NCBI GenBank assembly: GCA_964617505.1
Contig: CAZTZB010000001.1
Span: 46,977-110,976, forward strand
DNA: 64,000 nucleotides
Source: an uncultured Peptostreptococcaceae bacterium
GTDB lineage: Bacteria > Bacillota > Clostridia > Peptostreptococcales > BM714
Direction: 5' to 3'
Under the pieces are notes generated by a model. That model saw nothing but the letters and a program-made list of their open reading frames with translations. It did not search any database and had not been told where the DNA came from. The position numbers and the translations under genes are program-made. Shown piece by piece: positions 39,767 through 48,439 of the stretch. Every line of letters begins with the position of its first letter. Positions within the stretch are counted from its first letter, which is position 1.

Positions 39767-39776
39767 AATTAATATA

Positions 39777-39862
39777 TGGTGCGGATGGCGGGATTTGAAC
39801 CCGCACACTCAGTTGAGCACTGCCCCCTCAAGACAGCGTGTCTGCCGTTCCACCACATCCGC
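39777..39862 (-). tRNA. tRNA-Leu (anticodon GAG), class II with long variable arm, encoded CCA
   Basis: Hand-folded. Acceptor GCGGATG/CATCCGC. Anticodon stem CTGTC/GGCAG with loop TTGAGGG. Variable arm TGCTCAACTGAGTGT. T-arm GCGGG-TTCAAAT-CCCGC. Discriminator A plus CCA. Confidence 0.9.
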
Positions 39863-39876
39863 AATCAACAAAACTA

Positions 39877-39905
39877 ATTATAAATCATATCTCTATCTTT
39901 TTCAA
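39877..39905 (-). promoter_or_regulatory. Consensus-like promoter for tRNA-Leu(GAG), embedded in the last codons of the upstream CDS
   Basis: TTGAAA (39905-39900) - 17 nt - TATAAT (39882-39877). The upstream gene's stop codon TGA lies inside the spacer. Confidence 0.6.
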
Positions 39906-40922
39906 GCGATTATTTTCATTGATTCCTGGAATTCTCCCTCTTTTTGCAATAAGCTTTCCGTCCACTTCTTTTAAATCCATTGTCATATCAATAGGTGAGG
40001 CCGATGAAATGTAGCTTCCCACACCAAAAGAATCTGCTCCAGCAGCCGAAAGTTCTTTTATTTTTTCCGGTCCAAGCCCACCTGAAACGAAAATCTTTAC
40101 ATTGCCAAATTCCTCATGATCCAGTTTCGCTCTAAGCTCACGAACAAGGCCAGATGTAACGCCGCCTCTTTCACTAGGGGTATCCAATCTTACGCCATAC
40201 AATCTGTCCCCAAGCAATTTTGCAATTCTAATACTTTCTTCTACCTCATCCTTAAATGTATCCACCAAGACAATTCTTTTATGTTCAAGCGGCATCAATT
40301 CGTCATAGTGTTTTGCTATGATTTCAGTATCTCCTGCAATAAGCATAGCGGCGTGAGGAAGAGTTCCACTCGGTTCAATGTTCATTTCTTTAGCAGCCAA
40401 TATACAGCTTGCTCCACTTGCTCCTCCTATTATGGCAGCTCTTTCCATGCATGGTGCCACTGCAGGATGAACATGTCTTGCCCCAAAGCATAGAAAAGTC
40501 TTGTCTCCGCAAGCCTCTTTAATCTCGCTTGAAGCTGTAGCCCAACCAGATGCACTTGCAAGCATTCCAAGAATTACCGTTTCATAGGCTCCGAATTCAG
40601 CATATGAGCCCTTAATAACCAATATAGGTTCTTTAGCTTTAAAGGAATCCCCTTCCTCGATACTCCACAATTCGATGTTTTTTCCCTTTAAAAGAGTCTT
40701 TACATCTTCAACACCGGCAAAAACGCCATCTTTTCTAGCAAATATCTCTGCAACCACATACTTATCCTCAATGCCCATGCTTTTAAGGATATCCATGGTT
40801 CTTATGAAATATATGTCCGTGGTTGCTCCATTAAGTATTTCCTCATGACTTGCAGAAGATAATCTATTAGGATCTCCAGATTCAAATTCTTCTACATCCT
40901 TTAAAGTTTTTAATTCCTTCAT
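39885..40922 (-). CDS. Nicotinate phosphoribosyltransferase-like type II PRTase (archaeal/short form)
   Basis: Start moved to MKELKTL (AAGGA 8 nt upstream, after the coaE stop). The TIM-barrel PRTase pattern (GARHVHP, VDTF, GVRLDTPSERGG, VSGGL) was recognised by eye. NadC versus PncB specificity is not resolved. Confidence 0.6.
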   Translation of the reverse strand: MKELKTLKDVEEFESGDPNRLSSASHEEILNGATTDIYFIRTMDILKSMGIEDKYVVAEIFARKDGVFAGVEDVKTLLKGKNIELWSIEEGDSFKAKEPILVIKGSYAEFGAYETVILGMLASASGWATASSEIKEACGDKTFLCFGARHVHPAVAPCMERAAIIGGASGASCILAAKEMNIEPSGTLPHAAMLIAGDTEIIAKHYDELMPLEHKRIVLVDTFKDEVEESIRIAKLLGDRLYGVRLDTPSERGGVTSGLVRELRAKLDHEEFGNVKIFVSGGLGPEKIKELSAAGADSFGVGSYISSASPIDMTMDLKEVDGKLIAKRGRIPGINENNRLKKIEI

Positions 40923-40935
40923 TAAAATTTTCCTT

Positions 40936-41571
40936 TCATACATATTTTTCAAATCTTTTATTCAAATCCTTTAAAGCTGATTCTAATTTCTCCTTTAATT
41001 CCAATACGGAACCGTCGTTCTTAAAAACAAGGTTCGCGCGCTTCAACTTTTCATCAAGCGGCATCTGCATCTTTATGATTTGTTCAATTTCCTTTCGGTT
41101 TGAATTATCTCTTTTCATAACTCTTTCAATTTGCGACTCAATGCTGCAGGACACTATCCAAACCTCATCAACCATTTTATCAAGTTTATTCTCAATGAGC
41201 AACGGTGCATCCAAAAATATTATACTTTTGCCATCTTTTTTTAGACTTGCTATTTCTATATTTATACGGCTCCTTATTTTTTCATGAAAAATCATATTCA
41301 ATTTTTTCAAAAGAGATTCATCCGAAAAGACAACATTCCTCAATTTTCTTCTGTCTATTTTGCCATTTTGGTCCACAATATTCTCTCCAAAGAAATCAAC
41401 CACTTCGCAGGCAGTTTCGGGTTCATCCATAATTTCTCTGCTTATTTTATCGGCATCTATAACAGAAAATCCTTTTTCTAATAAAAATTCAGTCAAAGTT
41501 GTTTTTCCTGATCCTATTCCACCGGTAAGTCCTATTAATATACTATTTTTCTCATTCTTATTTTGTCTCAT
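40936..41571 (-). CDS. coaE: Dephospho-CoA kinase
   Basis: IGLTGGIGSGKTT P-loop. ATG at 41571 overlaps the polA 3' end by 14 nt. Confidence 0.9.
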   Translation of the reverse strand: MRQNKNEKNSILIGLTGGIGSGKTTLTEFLLEKGFSVIDADKISREIMDEPETACEVVDFFGENIVDQNGKIDRRKLRNVVFSDESLLKKLNMIFHEKIRSRINIEIASLKKDGKSIIFLDAPLLIENKLDKMVDEVWIVSCSIESQIERVMKRDNSNRKEIEQIIKMQMPLDEKLKRANLVFKNDGSVLELKEKLESALKDLNKRFEKYV

Positions 41572-44161
41572 ACCAGCTTTCACCGACTTTCATATCAACA
41601 ATCAAAGGCACTTCCATTTCAACCGCACACTCCATATTTCTTCTCATAAGGTCTTTTACCTCTTCTATTTCCGTAGGTTCGGTCTCTATTATGAGTTCAT
41701 CATGTATCTGTAGAACTAGCTTTGATTTTAATTCTCTGTCCTTTAATTCTTTATAAATCTTTATCATTGCAATCTTTATTATGTCGGCGGCGCTTCCCTG
41801 AATAGGAGTATTCATAGCAGTTCTTTCACCAAAAGCCCTAAGATTGCGGTTATTTGATTTAAGCTCAGGAATATATCGCTTTCTATTGAACATTGTTCTT
41901 ACATATCCAAGCTTTTTTGCTTCATCGATTTGGTTGTCCATAAAGTTTTTAACGTCTGGATACTTCTTGAAATACTGATTTATATAGGAGGCAGCCTCTT
42001 TTATGCTTATACCAATGTTATCGGAAAGCCCGAAATCACTAATTCCATAAATTATACCAAAATTTACACCTTTGGCTCTTCCTCTTTGCTCTGCTGTCAC
42101 TTCTTCTACAGGAATACCGAAAACCTGTGAAGCTGTTAGTGTATGAATATCTATTCCATTTTTAAAGGCTTCTATAAGCCCAGTGTCCTTGGAAAGATGC
42201 GCTAGAACTCTCAGTTCTATTTGTGAATAGTCAGCATCCACAAGCTTTCTTTCACCTTCCGCAATAAAAATCTGTCTTAGCTTTCTTCCCATTTCAAGCC
42301 TTACGGGAATATTCTGTAGATTTGGATCTGAAGTACTCAGCCTGCCCGTAACCGTAGCTGCCTGATTAAAACTTGGATACAATCGTTTTGTTTCTTCATT
42401 GATTAACTTGCCAAGTCCATCAACATATGTAGACTTAAGCTTCATGTATTGCCTGTATTCCATTATTTCCTCAACTATAGGATGTTTGTTTTTTATCTTC
42501 TCAAGAACCTTTTGATTTGTCGAATACCCTGTTTTTGTCTTCTTCCAAGCAGGTAACCCCAGCTTTTCAAACAGAATATAGCCAGTTTGCTTTGTTGAAT
42601 TAATATTAAATTCTTCGCCAGCATGCTCATAAATCGATTGTTCGATACTAAGCAGTTTTTCTGTAAATTCAATATCAAGTTCATTAAGCCTATCAGTATC
42701 TATATAGAATCCATTTTTCTCCATTTCAGCCAACACTTCAATAAGCGGCATCTCAACTTCTTTAAAAACATGAAGCAAGCCGTTTTCCTCAAGTTCCATA
42801 AACATGCTTTCACGAAGATTTTCAATCGCCCTAAGCGACTTTCCTCCATATTCCAAATTGTCCATATCATTAGAATTTGATAGCCCTAATCCATTGCCGG
42901 TCCTACTCATAACAATGTTTTCAAGCGAATAGTCCGAGCTTGACGGATGAAGCATATGTTCAGCTATTTTAATATCAAAACCTATCTTTTTAATTTCAAA
43001 GCCATCTTTTTTTGCCAATAAACATGATTCCTTGATGTTATATCCGAATTTTTCAATATTTTCGTCGGAAAGCAGTTTTCTCAAAGCATTCGATTTTGAA
43101 AGGGTTTTGTCTATCAAATAAGCTTTTTCTCCTAAAAACATTACATATGATGCATTGACATTATATTCGCCTTCATTGTTTTTAAAAGCCATGCATCCTA
43201 TCTGTCCAATTTTTGCCGATTTTTTATGTAATGCAGATATTTCTTGCTCCTTTTTAACTCTTTCAGTTTTAATATCTTCAACTTCATCGGGATTTTTGCT
43301 TGATTTTGAAGTCTTAAGCAAAAGGCTTTTAAATTCATACTTTACAAAGTATTCTCTAAGTCTTTCTGAGTCCGGTTCTAAATGCGAAAGCTCTTCAATA
43401 CTGAAATCGATAGGAACATTCAAGGCTATTGTAGCCAATCGCTTGCTCAAAAAAGCCTCTTCGGATTCAGCCTCTAATTTATCCCTCAAGTTCTTTTTCT
43501 CAATTTCTTCTATTCTTTCATATAGCTCTTCTACTGTATTGAATCTTTGAAGCAAGCTTTCCGCGGTTTTCTTACCGATGCCTTTTACCCCGGGAATATT
43601 GTCGGATTTATCTCCTACGAGCCCCTTATAGTCTGCAATTTGTTTCGGAACAACTCCGAATTCATCTAATACAGCCTCACTATTATACATCTTAGTAGTG
43701 CTTATTCCTTTTTTAGTAAGCATAACACTTATGTTTTCATCAACTAGCTGCAATGCATCCTTGTCCCCTGTAACAATCACGACCTTCAATCCCTGGCTTC
43801 CGCATTCTTTGGCAAGTGTTCCAATTAGATCATCACCTTCATAACCTTCAAACTCCATTCTATGTATGCGATAAGCATCAAGAATGTCTTTAATAGCCGG
43901 AATCTGTTCTCTCAATTCAACGGGCATCTTCTTTCTGTTAGCCTTATATTCGACATAAGCATCATTCCGAAATGTTGGAGCCTTCATGTCAAAAGCCACA
44001 CTTATATATTCCGGAGACTCTTCCTCAATTACTCTGTTAAGCATATTCAAAAAACCGTAAATCGCATTGGTGTGAAACCCCTCCGCAGTCATGAGTTCAG
44101 GCAAAGCATAAAAAGCCCTGTATATCAAACTGTGTCCGTCTATTATTACTATTTTATCCAT
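41558..44161 (-). CDS. polA: DNA polymerase I
   Basis: Start at MDKIVIIDGHSLIYRAFYA (GGGTGA upstream). 5' nuclease domain plus polymerase motifs (DYSQIELRVLAH, QGSAADI, QIHDE). Confidence 0.96.
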   Translation of the reverse strand: MDKIVIIDGHSLIYRAFYALPELMTAEGFHTNAIYGFLNMLNRVIEEESPEYISVAFDMKAPTFRNDAYVEYKANRKKMPVELREQIPAIKDILDAYRIHRMEFEGYEGDDLIGTLAKECGSQGLKVVIVTGDKDALQLVDENISVMLTKKGISTTKMYNSEAVLDEFGVVPKQIADYKGLVGDKSDNIPGVKGIGKKTAESLLQRFNTVEELYERIEEIEKKNLRDKLEAESEEAFLSKRLATIALNVPIDFSIEELSHLEPDSERLREYFVKYEFKSLLLKTSKSSKNPDEVEDIKTERVKKEQEISALHKKSAKIGQIGCMAFKNNEGEYNVNASYVMFLGEKAYLIDKTLSKSNALRKLLSDENIEKFGYNIKESCLLAKKDGFEIKKIGFDIKIAEHMLHPSSSDYSLENIVMSRTGNGLGLSNSNDMDNLEYGGKSLRAIENLRESMFMELEENGLLHVFKEVEMPLIEVLAEMEKNGFYIDTDRLNELDIEFTEKLLSIEQSIYEHAGEEFNINSTKQTGYILFEKLGLPAWKKTKTGYSTNQKVLEKIKNKHPIVEEIMEYRQYMKLKSTYVDGLGKLINEETKRLYPSFNQAATVTGRLSTSDPNLQNIPVRLEMGRKLRQIFIAEGERKLVDADYSQIELRVLAHLSKDTGLIEAFKNGIDIHTLTASQVFGIPVEEVTAEQRGRAKGVNFGIIYGISDFGLSDNIGISIKEAASYINQYFKKYPDVKNFMDNQIDEAKKLGYVRTMFNRKRYIPELKSNNRNLRAFGERTAMNTPIQGSAADIIKIAMIKIYKELKDRELKSKLVLQIHDELIIETEPTEIEEVKDLMRRNMECAVEMEVPLIVDMKVGESWYETK

Positions 44162-44210
44162 TTTCTCACCCTTTCTTGATACATTCATTCTACCAATAAA
44201 ATCGTTTCAG

Positions 44211-44251
44211 TAAAAGAAAAAGCTTTCCAGCATTAACAGCAGGAAAGCTTT
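44211..44251 (-). terminator. Terminator after the anti-sigma gene
   Basis: 10-bp arms AAAGCTTTCC / GGAAAGCTTT with a 13-nt loop, followed on the minus strand by UUCUUUU. Confidence 0.5.
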
Positions 44252-44267
44252 AAACTAATTTTTAGCT

Positions 44268-45491
44268 TTAAATTCTTCTTTTTCTTTTCTTTTTAAGAAT
44301 AATTGCCAATATAATCGCTAACACTCCAAGGATAAATAGGAAGGGGATAATTGATATAATCCAAACAAATAGATTTTGCGACAAGATTATCACTTGATTT
44401 ACCGACTTAACAAATTCTCGTTTCGCCTTTTCCCAAAAATCATTTTCGAATCCTTCTATTTCCGTAGAGTTTGGGGCAAGTTCTGTCAAGGAAACATTTA
44501 TTGTAGAATAACTTACCAGATTGTCCCAGTTCTTAATCATTCCAGTCATACGGTCAATTTCAGTACGAACCCGGTTTAGTTCTCTCTCAACCTGTAGAAG
44601 CTCTTCCACATTCTCGGCTTTTTCCATTATGTCTCTAAGTCTGGCTTCCTGCACTTCGAGGTTAGCGATTTGGCTCGATATGTCGTTGTATTGGAAGGTT
44701 ATATCGCTTCCGCCAATACTCGAATCATTTACTTCTCCAAGCTCTTTTATCTTGTTGTAAACTATCAGGAAGGATTTTTCGGGAATCCTTATATTTAAAC
44801 TTCCTCTAAGCAAAGATGTTTCATTTGCAGGTCCACCGTAAAATCGTTTTCCTGTATTTGATTCCTGTACGAAACCGCCAAATGTTTCTGTCATAAATAT
44901 TATCTCATCATAAATTTGCTCAAAATTGTCAACCTCTAAATTTACATATCCGTTTCTGATGATCTTTCTGCCCTCAATATTAGCGGTTTCGCCATCATAC
45001 TCAGCTTCCTCAGACTCTATATTCCTCATGCTGTTTTCCTGTTTTGAGGAGCTTCCAGCCTCCATCATTTGAGGAGCTTCCATAATGCCTGCCTCTTCAG
45101 CCGTTACTGCCATATCATATTGTGCCGACTTCATATTGAATCCTGAAGGATTCCATACATTGTAGGAAACAAAACCTACCATTAAAATTGCCGCTAAAGC
45201 CGTCCATTGCTTCCAGTTGTAATTCTTTATACCTTTAATTCTCTTTTTGCTCCTCGCATCAATCAATTTATTTAATCCCAAAAGTTTCTGATGCATTTCT
45301 TCTTCATAACCATCAGGAAGTTCAAGCTCTTCTGCAGCGGACAGCATTTCTCTAACGTTTTTCAACTCTTCATATAAGGCTTTGCACTCCTCGCATGATT
45401 CTATATGCTCTTCAACAATACTTATTTCTTCCGCATTTAATTCTCCGTCTATATATGCATTTATTTGGGTCTTATCGAATTCACAATTCAT
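44268..45491 (-). CDS. Anti-sigma factor: N-terminal zf-HC2, TM segment, DUF4349-like extracytoplasmic domain, C-terminal TM
   Basis: 407 aa. HIESCEECKALY (HxxxCxxC) zinc motif. TM WTALAAILMVGFVSYNVW. C-terminal hydrophobic tail plus KKKRKRRI. Located directly downstream of the ECF sigma gene. Confidence 0.75.
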   Translation of the reverse strand: MNCEFDKTQINAYIDGELNAEEISIVEEHIESCEECKALYEELKNVREMLSAAEELELPDGYEEEMHQKLLGLNKLIDARSKKRIKGIKNYNWKQWTALAAILMVGFVSYNVWNPSGFNMKSAQYDMAVTAEEAGIMEAPQMMEAGSSSKQENSMRNIESEEAEYDGETANIEGRKIIRNGYVNLEVDNFEQIYDEIIFMTETFGGFVQESNTGKRFYGGPANETSLLRGSLNIRIPEKSFLIVYNKIKELGEVNDSSIGGSDITFQYNDISSQIANLEVQEARLRDIMEKAENVEELLQVERELNRVRTEIDRMTGMIKNWDNLVSYSTINVSLTELAPNSTEIEGFENDFWEKAKREFVKSVNQVIILSQNLFVWIISIIPFLFILGVLAIILAIILKKKRKRRI

Positions 45492-45513
45492 TTTTATCCC
45501 TCCTTTCCAATAA

Positions 45514-46107
45514 TTAGACAGTTTTTATATCATTTTGTTCCGCATTGTCATTAATAATCTTTTTTAGCATAATCCTTGCACGACTGATTCTCGATTTAAC
45601 CGTACCCTCAGGCAGTTCCATTATTTCACCCATTTCCGAGTAACTGAATCCCCTTATATCCCTGAGTATTATCGCCATTCTATACTTTTCGGGCATGCCG
45701 AAAATACATCTCTGCAATGCTTCCATATTTTCATTCTTCAATAGTATTTCTTCCGGACCGTCTGACGGGTCCTCAACCTCTCTGCTGTAACTGCCTTCTT
45801 CCGTATTCAATGCATTGTCTATGTAAAGTACATTGTTTCGGCTTCTTTTTCTTCTATAATCCAAACATGTATTAGTTACAATCCTATAAAACCAAGTCTT
45901 GAAGCTTGATCTCATCTTGAATCCGTCTATCGATCTGTAAATTTTTATAATCGATTCCTGAGAAGCATCTTTGGCATCTTCTGTATTTCCAAGCATCCTA
46001 TACGCTATGTTGTATGCGCCCTTCTGATATTCCTTAATCAGCTTCTCAAAGCTTTCCATATCGCCCTTTTGAGATTTCTCAATCAATATTTTTTCTGTTA
46101 AATCCAT
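45514..46107 (-). CDS. ECF-type RNA polymerase sigma-70 family factor
   Basis: Start moved to MDLTEKIL (AGGAG 9 nt upstream). Region 2 (FKTWFYRIVTNTCLDYRRK) and region 4 HTH (FSYSEMGEIMELPEGTVKSRISRAR). Confidence 0.88.
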   Translation of the reverse strand: MDLTEKILIEKSQKGDMESFEKLIKEYQKGAYNIAYRMLGNTEDAKDASQESIIKIYRSIDGFKMRSSFKTWFYRIVTNTCLDYRRKRSRNNVLYIDNALNTEEGSYSREVEDPSDGPEEILLKNENMEALQRCIFGMPEKYRMAIILRDIRGFSYSEMGEIMELPEGTVKSRISRARIMLKKIINDNAEQNDIKTV

Positions 46108-46140
46108 TTTTTTCACTCCTTTCTCAGGATTTATAGATAT

Positions 46141-46168
46141 TAGACTGTCTTTACTTTAATAAAGTTCC
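46141..46168 (-). promoter_or_regulatory. Possible ECF-type autoregulatory promoter
   Basis: Minus strand GGAAC (46168-46164) - about 17-18 nt - (A)GTCTA (46146-46141). Resembles the generic ECF GGAAC...CGTC pattern. Spacing and -10 are imperfect. Confidence 0.35.
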
Positions 46169-46190
46169 ATAATTCTTCTTAAACTCCTTC

Positions 46191-46220
46191 AAAATAAAAA
46201 AAACCGGATTCTCCGGTTTT
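46191..46220 (-). terminator. Terminator after the DUF457 hydrolase gene
   Basis: Minus RNA AAACCGGA-GAA-UCCGGUUU followed by UUUUUUUAUUUU. Overlaps the stop codon. Confidence 0.75.
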
Positions 46221-47172
46221 AAAAATGTTCTACAACTGGTATTCTTTTATCATATTTATATGGCTGAATAAATGATTCTAATATGTTCTTGTTTTCATCG
46301 ATTATGACAGTAGCATGATGCATGAAATCATCTCTCATGAAATATCTCAAATCGATTCCTTCAAGAATTATACCGCCTTCAAAACTTTTTTGAGCCACAT
46401 GATAATTTGGTGAAAGATTTGTGAAATACTGACCCGCATTCGATCCCTTGAAAAGCTTGACCAAATCTTTGTCTTCCCGTCTAAACTTTTTCCTTATTTC
46501 TATGCCTTTGTTCAATATGTTTACCTGACCTGCTATGTTGTGGCTGTTAGTGCTAAGCACGAAGTTCCATTTGTGAAAGGCCATCAATGCAGGCAAAACA
46601 TCAATACTTATTATTTTATATCCGTGAGCAAAATTTTTAATTAAAATCTTTTCAGCTCTTTTTCTCATCATCAGCCTTGCAAAAAGGTAGACAATAAATA
46701 TTGTGACAGATGTTCCGTAAACCATTAAACTCTTCTGTGATTTGAATATCAACACCAAAGCTAAAAGCGTAACAACCGGATCATACAACATTAACAAATT
46801 CATCTTAAACTTTCTCTTTACAAAAGGAATAAGCCTTGCGCCATACGAATTTAGTATGTCAAACATCGTATGCGAAAGTGCCCCTATCAGGGTCCAAATA
46901 AAGATATCCATAGCTGCGCTACCCGGGAACAACATATGCAGAATCCCTGTAATTGCACCGGACAAACCGAGCAATGCAGGCATTGTATGCGAAAATCCCC
47001 TATGATGCTTAAGATAGACCTTGTCATCCCAAATAAACTTTGTTACTACATCTATATCCGGAGCCATTGCCCCTATCGAACATCCCAATGTAATGGGATT
47101 CATCACTCCAACCGGTGTTCCGCTAAAAGTCGATATTGCCAAACCAATAACCCCATGAGTTAAAGGATCCAA
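46219..47172 (-). CDS. DUF457 (YdjM/YbcI-like) membrane-bound metal-dependent hydrolase
   Basis: Start moved to the TTG at 47172 (AGGGAG 8 nt upstream), giving (M)DPLTHGVIGLAIS. Has multiple TM segments and conserved His residues. Confidence 0.7.
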   Translation of the reverse strand: MDPLTHGVIGLAISTFSGTPVGVMNPITLGCSIGAMAPDIDVVTKFIWDDKVYLKHHRGFSHTMPALLGLSGAITGILHMLFPGSAAMDIFIWTLIGALSHTMFDILNSYGARLIPFVKRKFKMNLLMLYDPVVTLLALVLIFKSQKSLMVYGTSVTIFIVYLFARLMMRKRAEKILIKNFAHGYKIISIDVLPALMAFHKWNFVLSTNSHNIAGQVNILNKGIEIRKKFRREDKDLVKLFKGSNAGQYFTNLSPNYHVAQKSFEGGIILEGIDLRYFMRDDFMHHATVIIDENKNILESFIQPYKYDKRIPVVEHF

Positions 47173-47219
47173 ATAAAACACTCCCTATTGAAACTATATT
47201 TAAAACATTAATTGAAACC

Positions 47220-47248
47220 ATTATACACCGGGGGGGCAATGTTTACAA
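47220..47248 (-). promoter_or_regulatory. Putative promoter of the DUF457 gene with a C7 tract in the spacer
   Basis: TTGTAA (47248-47243) - 17 nt - TATAAT (47225-47220). The spacer ACATTGCCCCCCCGGTG contains the homopolymer at 47230-47236. Confidence 0.5.
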
Positions 47249-47321
47249 CAAAATTCGATATAGTCTTTAATGGTGCAACATAATCAAAGCCTATAATCAG
47301 CAATTTTTTTTATAATTGTTA

Positions 47322-47350
47322 TTGAAATCATAATAGGTTTATGATACTAT
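47322..47350 (+). promoter_or_regulatory. Promoter for tRNA-Leu(CAA)
   Basis: TTGAAA (47322-47327) - 17 nt - TACTAT (47345-47350) with TG at the extended -10 position. Lies 15 nt upstream of the tRNA. Confidence 0.55.
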
Positions 47351-47365
47351 AGATTTTGTCACCGA

Positions 47366-47452
47366 GCCGAAGTGGTGGAACTGGCAGACGCGCTGGACTC
47401 AAAATCCTGTGAGGGTAACTTCGTGCGGGTTCGACTCCCGCCTTCGGCACCA
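47366..47452 (+). tRNA. tRNA-Leu (anticodon CAA), class II, encoded CCA
   Basis: Hand-folded. Acceptor GCCGAAG/CTTCGGC. Anticodon stem CTGGA/TCCTG (one U-U mismatch) with loop CTCAAAA. Long variable arm. T-arm GCGGG-TTCGACT-CCCGC. Discriminator A plus CCA. Confidence 0.88.
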
Positions 47453-47456
47453 AACA

Positions 47457-47494
47457 AAAATCCCAAGTTGATTTTCAACTTGGGATTTTTTATT
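47457..47494. terminator. Bidirectional terminator (tRNA-Leu(CAA) on plus, SLT-1 on minus)
   Basis: 12-bp perfect arms AATCCCAAGTTG / CAACTTGGGATT with a 5-nt loop, flanked by an A-run and a T-run. Confidence 0.75.
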
Positions 47495-47516
47495 TCCTAT
47501 AATATTGTTGTCATCC

Positions 47517-48308
47517 TTACAAATCGAATCGCTCGTACTTTGTCGCCCTTTTTAGTACCAGAATCGAATAGCTTGTCTGATATGTTTTATGTTTTTCGTA
47601 GTAGGCTTTTAAATTATACGGACCACGATTGTATTCCGAGAGTATCCTGTGGTAATCTTCTCCGTGAACCCGCATTAAATGATTTAGGTATATGATTCCT
47701 AGAGCAAAGTTGTACTCAGGTTCAAAGATCTTTGAAGTATCATAGCGCACGTTTAGTCGGTATCCGTACCGATAAGCGAGCCACTTCTCCGTTCCTGGAA
47801 TTATCTGCATATATCCCCTATCCTGAGATGTTCCCACTGCATATTTTTTGAATTTGCTTTCCGTTTCTATTAATCCCAGTACGATTGATGGCCTTATATT
47901 CATCTTTTCGCAGTATCCCAGCAGAATCGCAGATTCCTGGAGATTAAGCGGTGTTTCATCAGCCAAAGCAGCTATTCTGTTTAAGTCGGTGCCCAGCGTT
48001 ATGCTAACATATTGCTTAACTTCCTCTAATTGCTTAACAATCTCATTTTTATTCGATATTTCGCCATACAATCCTTCATAACTAGACTGCTGAATATCCA
48101 ATGCCATTATATACTTCAAAGAATAATCATATTTGCTTTCAATTCTCGTATATGAAATATCATGTTTTAAAACGGTTTCCGATATTATGTACTGCCTATT
48201 TATTTTCTTAGCCATACCCAATAGACACGCAATCAAAATGCAAAATCCTAAAATCGCCACTATATTAAACAATTTAAATTTGTCCGTGCTCATTTTATCG
48301 GGTTTCAT
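47517..48308 (-). CDS. Membrane-anchored lytic transglycosylase (SLT domain), paralog 1
   Basis: 263 aa. N-terminal TM anchor, catalytic ETES, RGYMQIIPGTEKWL. AAAGGTGG SD. Confidence 0.8.
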   Translation of the reverse strand: MKPDKMSTDKFKLFNIVAILGFCILIACLLGMAKKINRQYIISETVLKHDISYTRIESKYDYSLKYIMALDIQQSSYEGLYGEISNKNEIVKQLEEVKQYVSITLGTDLNRIAALADETPLNLQESAILLGYCEKMNIRPSIVLGLIETESKFKKYAVGTSQDRGYMQIIPGTEKWLAYRYGYRLNVRYDTSKIFEPEYNFALGIIYLNHLMRVHGEDYHRILSEYNRGPYNLKAYYEKHKTYQTSYSILVLKRATKYERFDL

Positions 48309-48396
48309 TTTGATCCACCTTTAGCGTGTATTTCATTACATTTATTATATACGCTATTTGCTCTTCCCAATATTAAATATTGTTTTCATATCTTTC

Positions 48397-48427
48397 ATAT
48401 AAAAAACCACCTTGATTTAAGGCGGTT
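48397..48427 (-). terminator. Terminator after SLT paralog 2
   Basis: Minus RNA AACCGCC-UUAAAUCAA-GGUGGUU (one G-U pair) followed by UUUUAUAU. Confidence 0.5.
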
Positions 48428-48439
48428 AAAAGGTGTTCA

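Noticed and set aside
39423-39776. A T-box leader for hisS-aspS hidden under the small-ORF region.
   Set aside because: No GGUGGUACC-type T-box sequence or AGAGA/specifier architecture on the minus strand. The region is better explained by a promoter-SD-ORF-terminator cassette.
39777-47452. Genomic island bounded by the two tRNA-Leu genes.
   Set aside because: The interval contains core genes (polA, coaE, PRTase) and no integrase, transposase or direct repeat of a tRNA 3' end that I could see.
47372-47695. 107-aa plus-strand ORF. The 72-aa ORF at 39756-39974 is a similar case.
   Set aside because: Both start inside or run through tRNA-Leu genes and their terminators, so they are artefacts of ORF calling.
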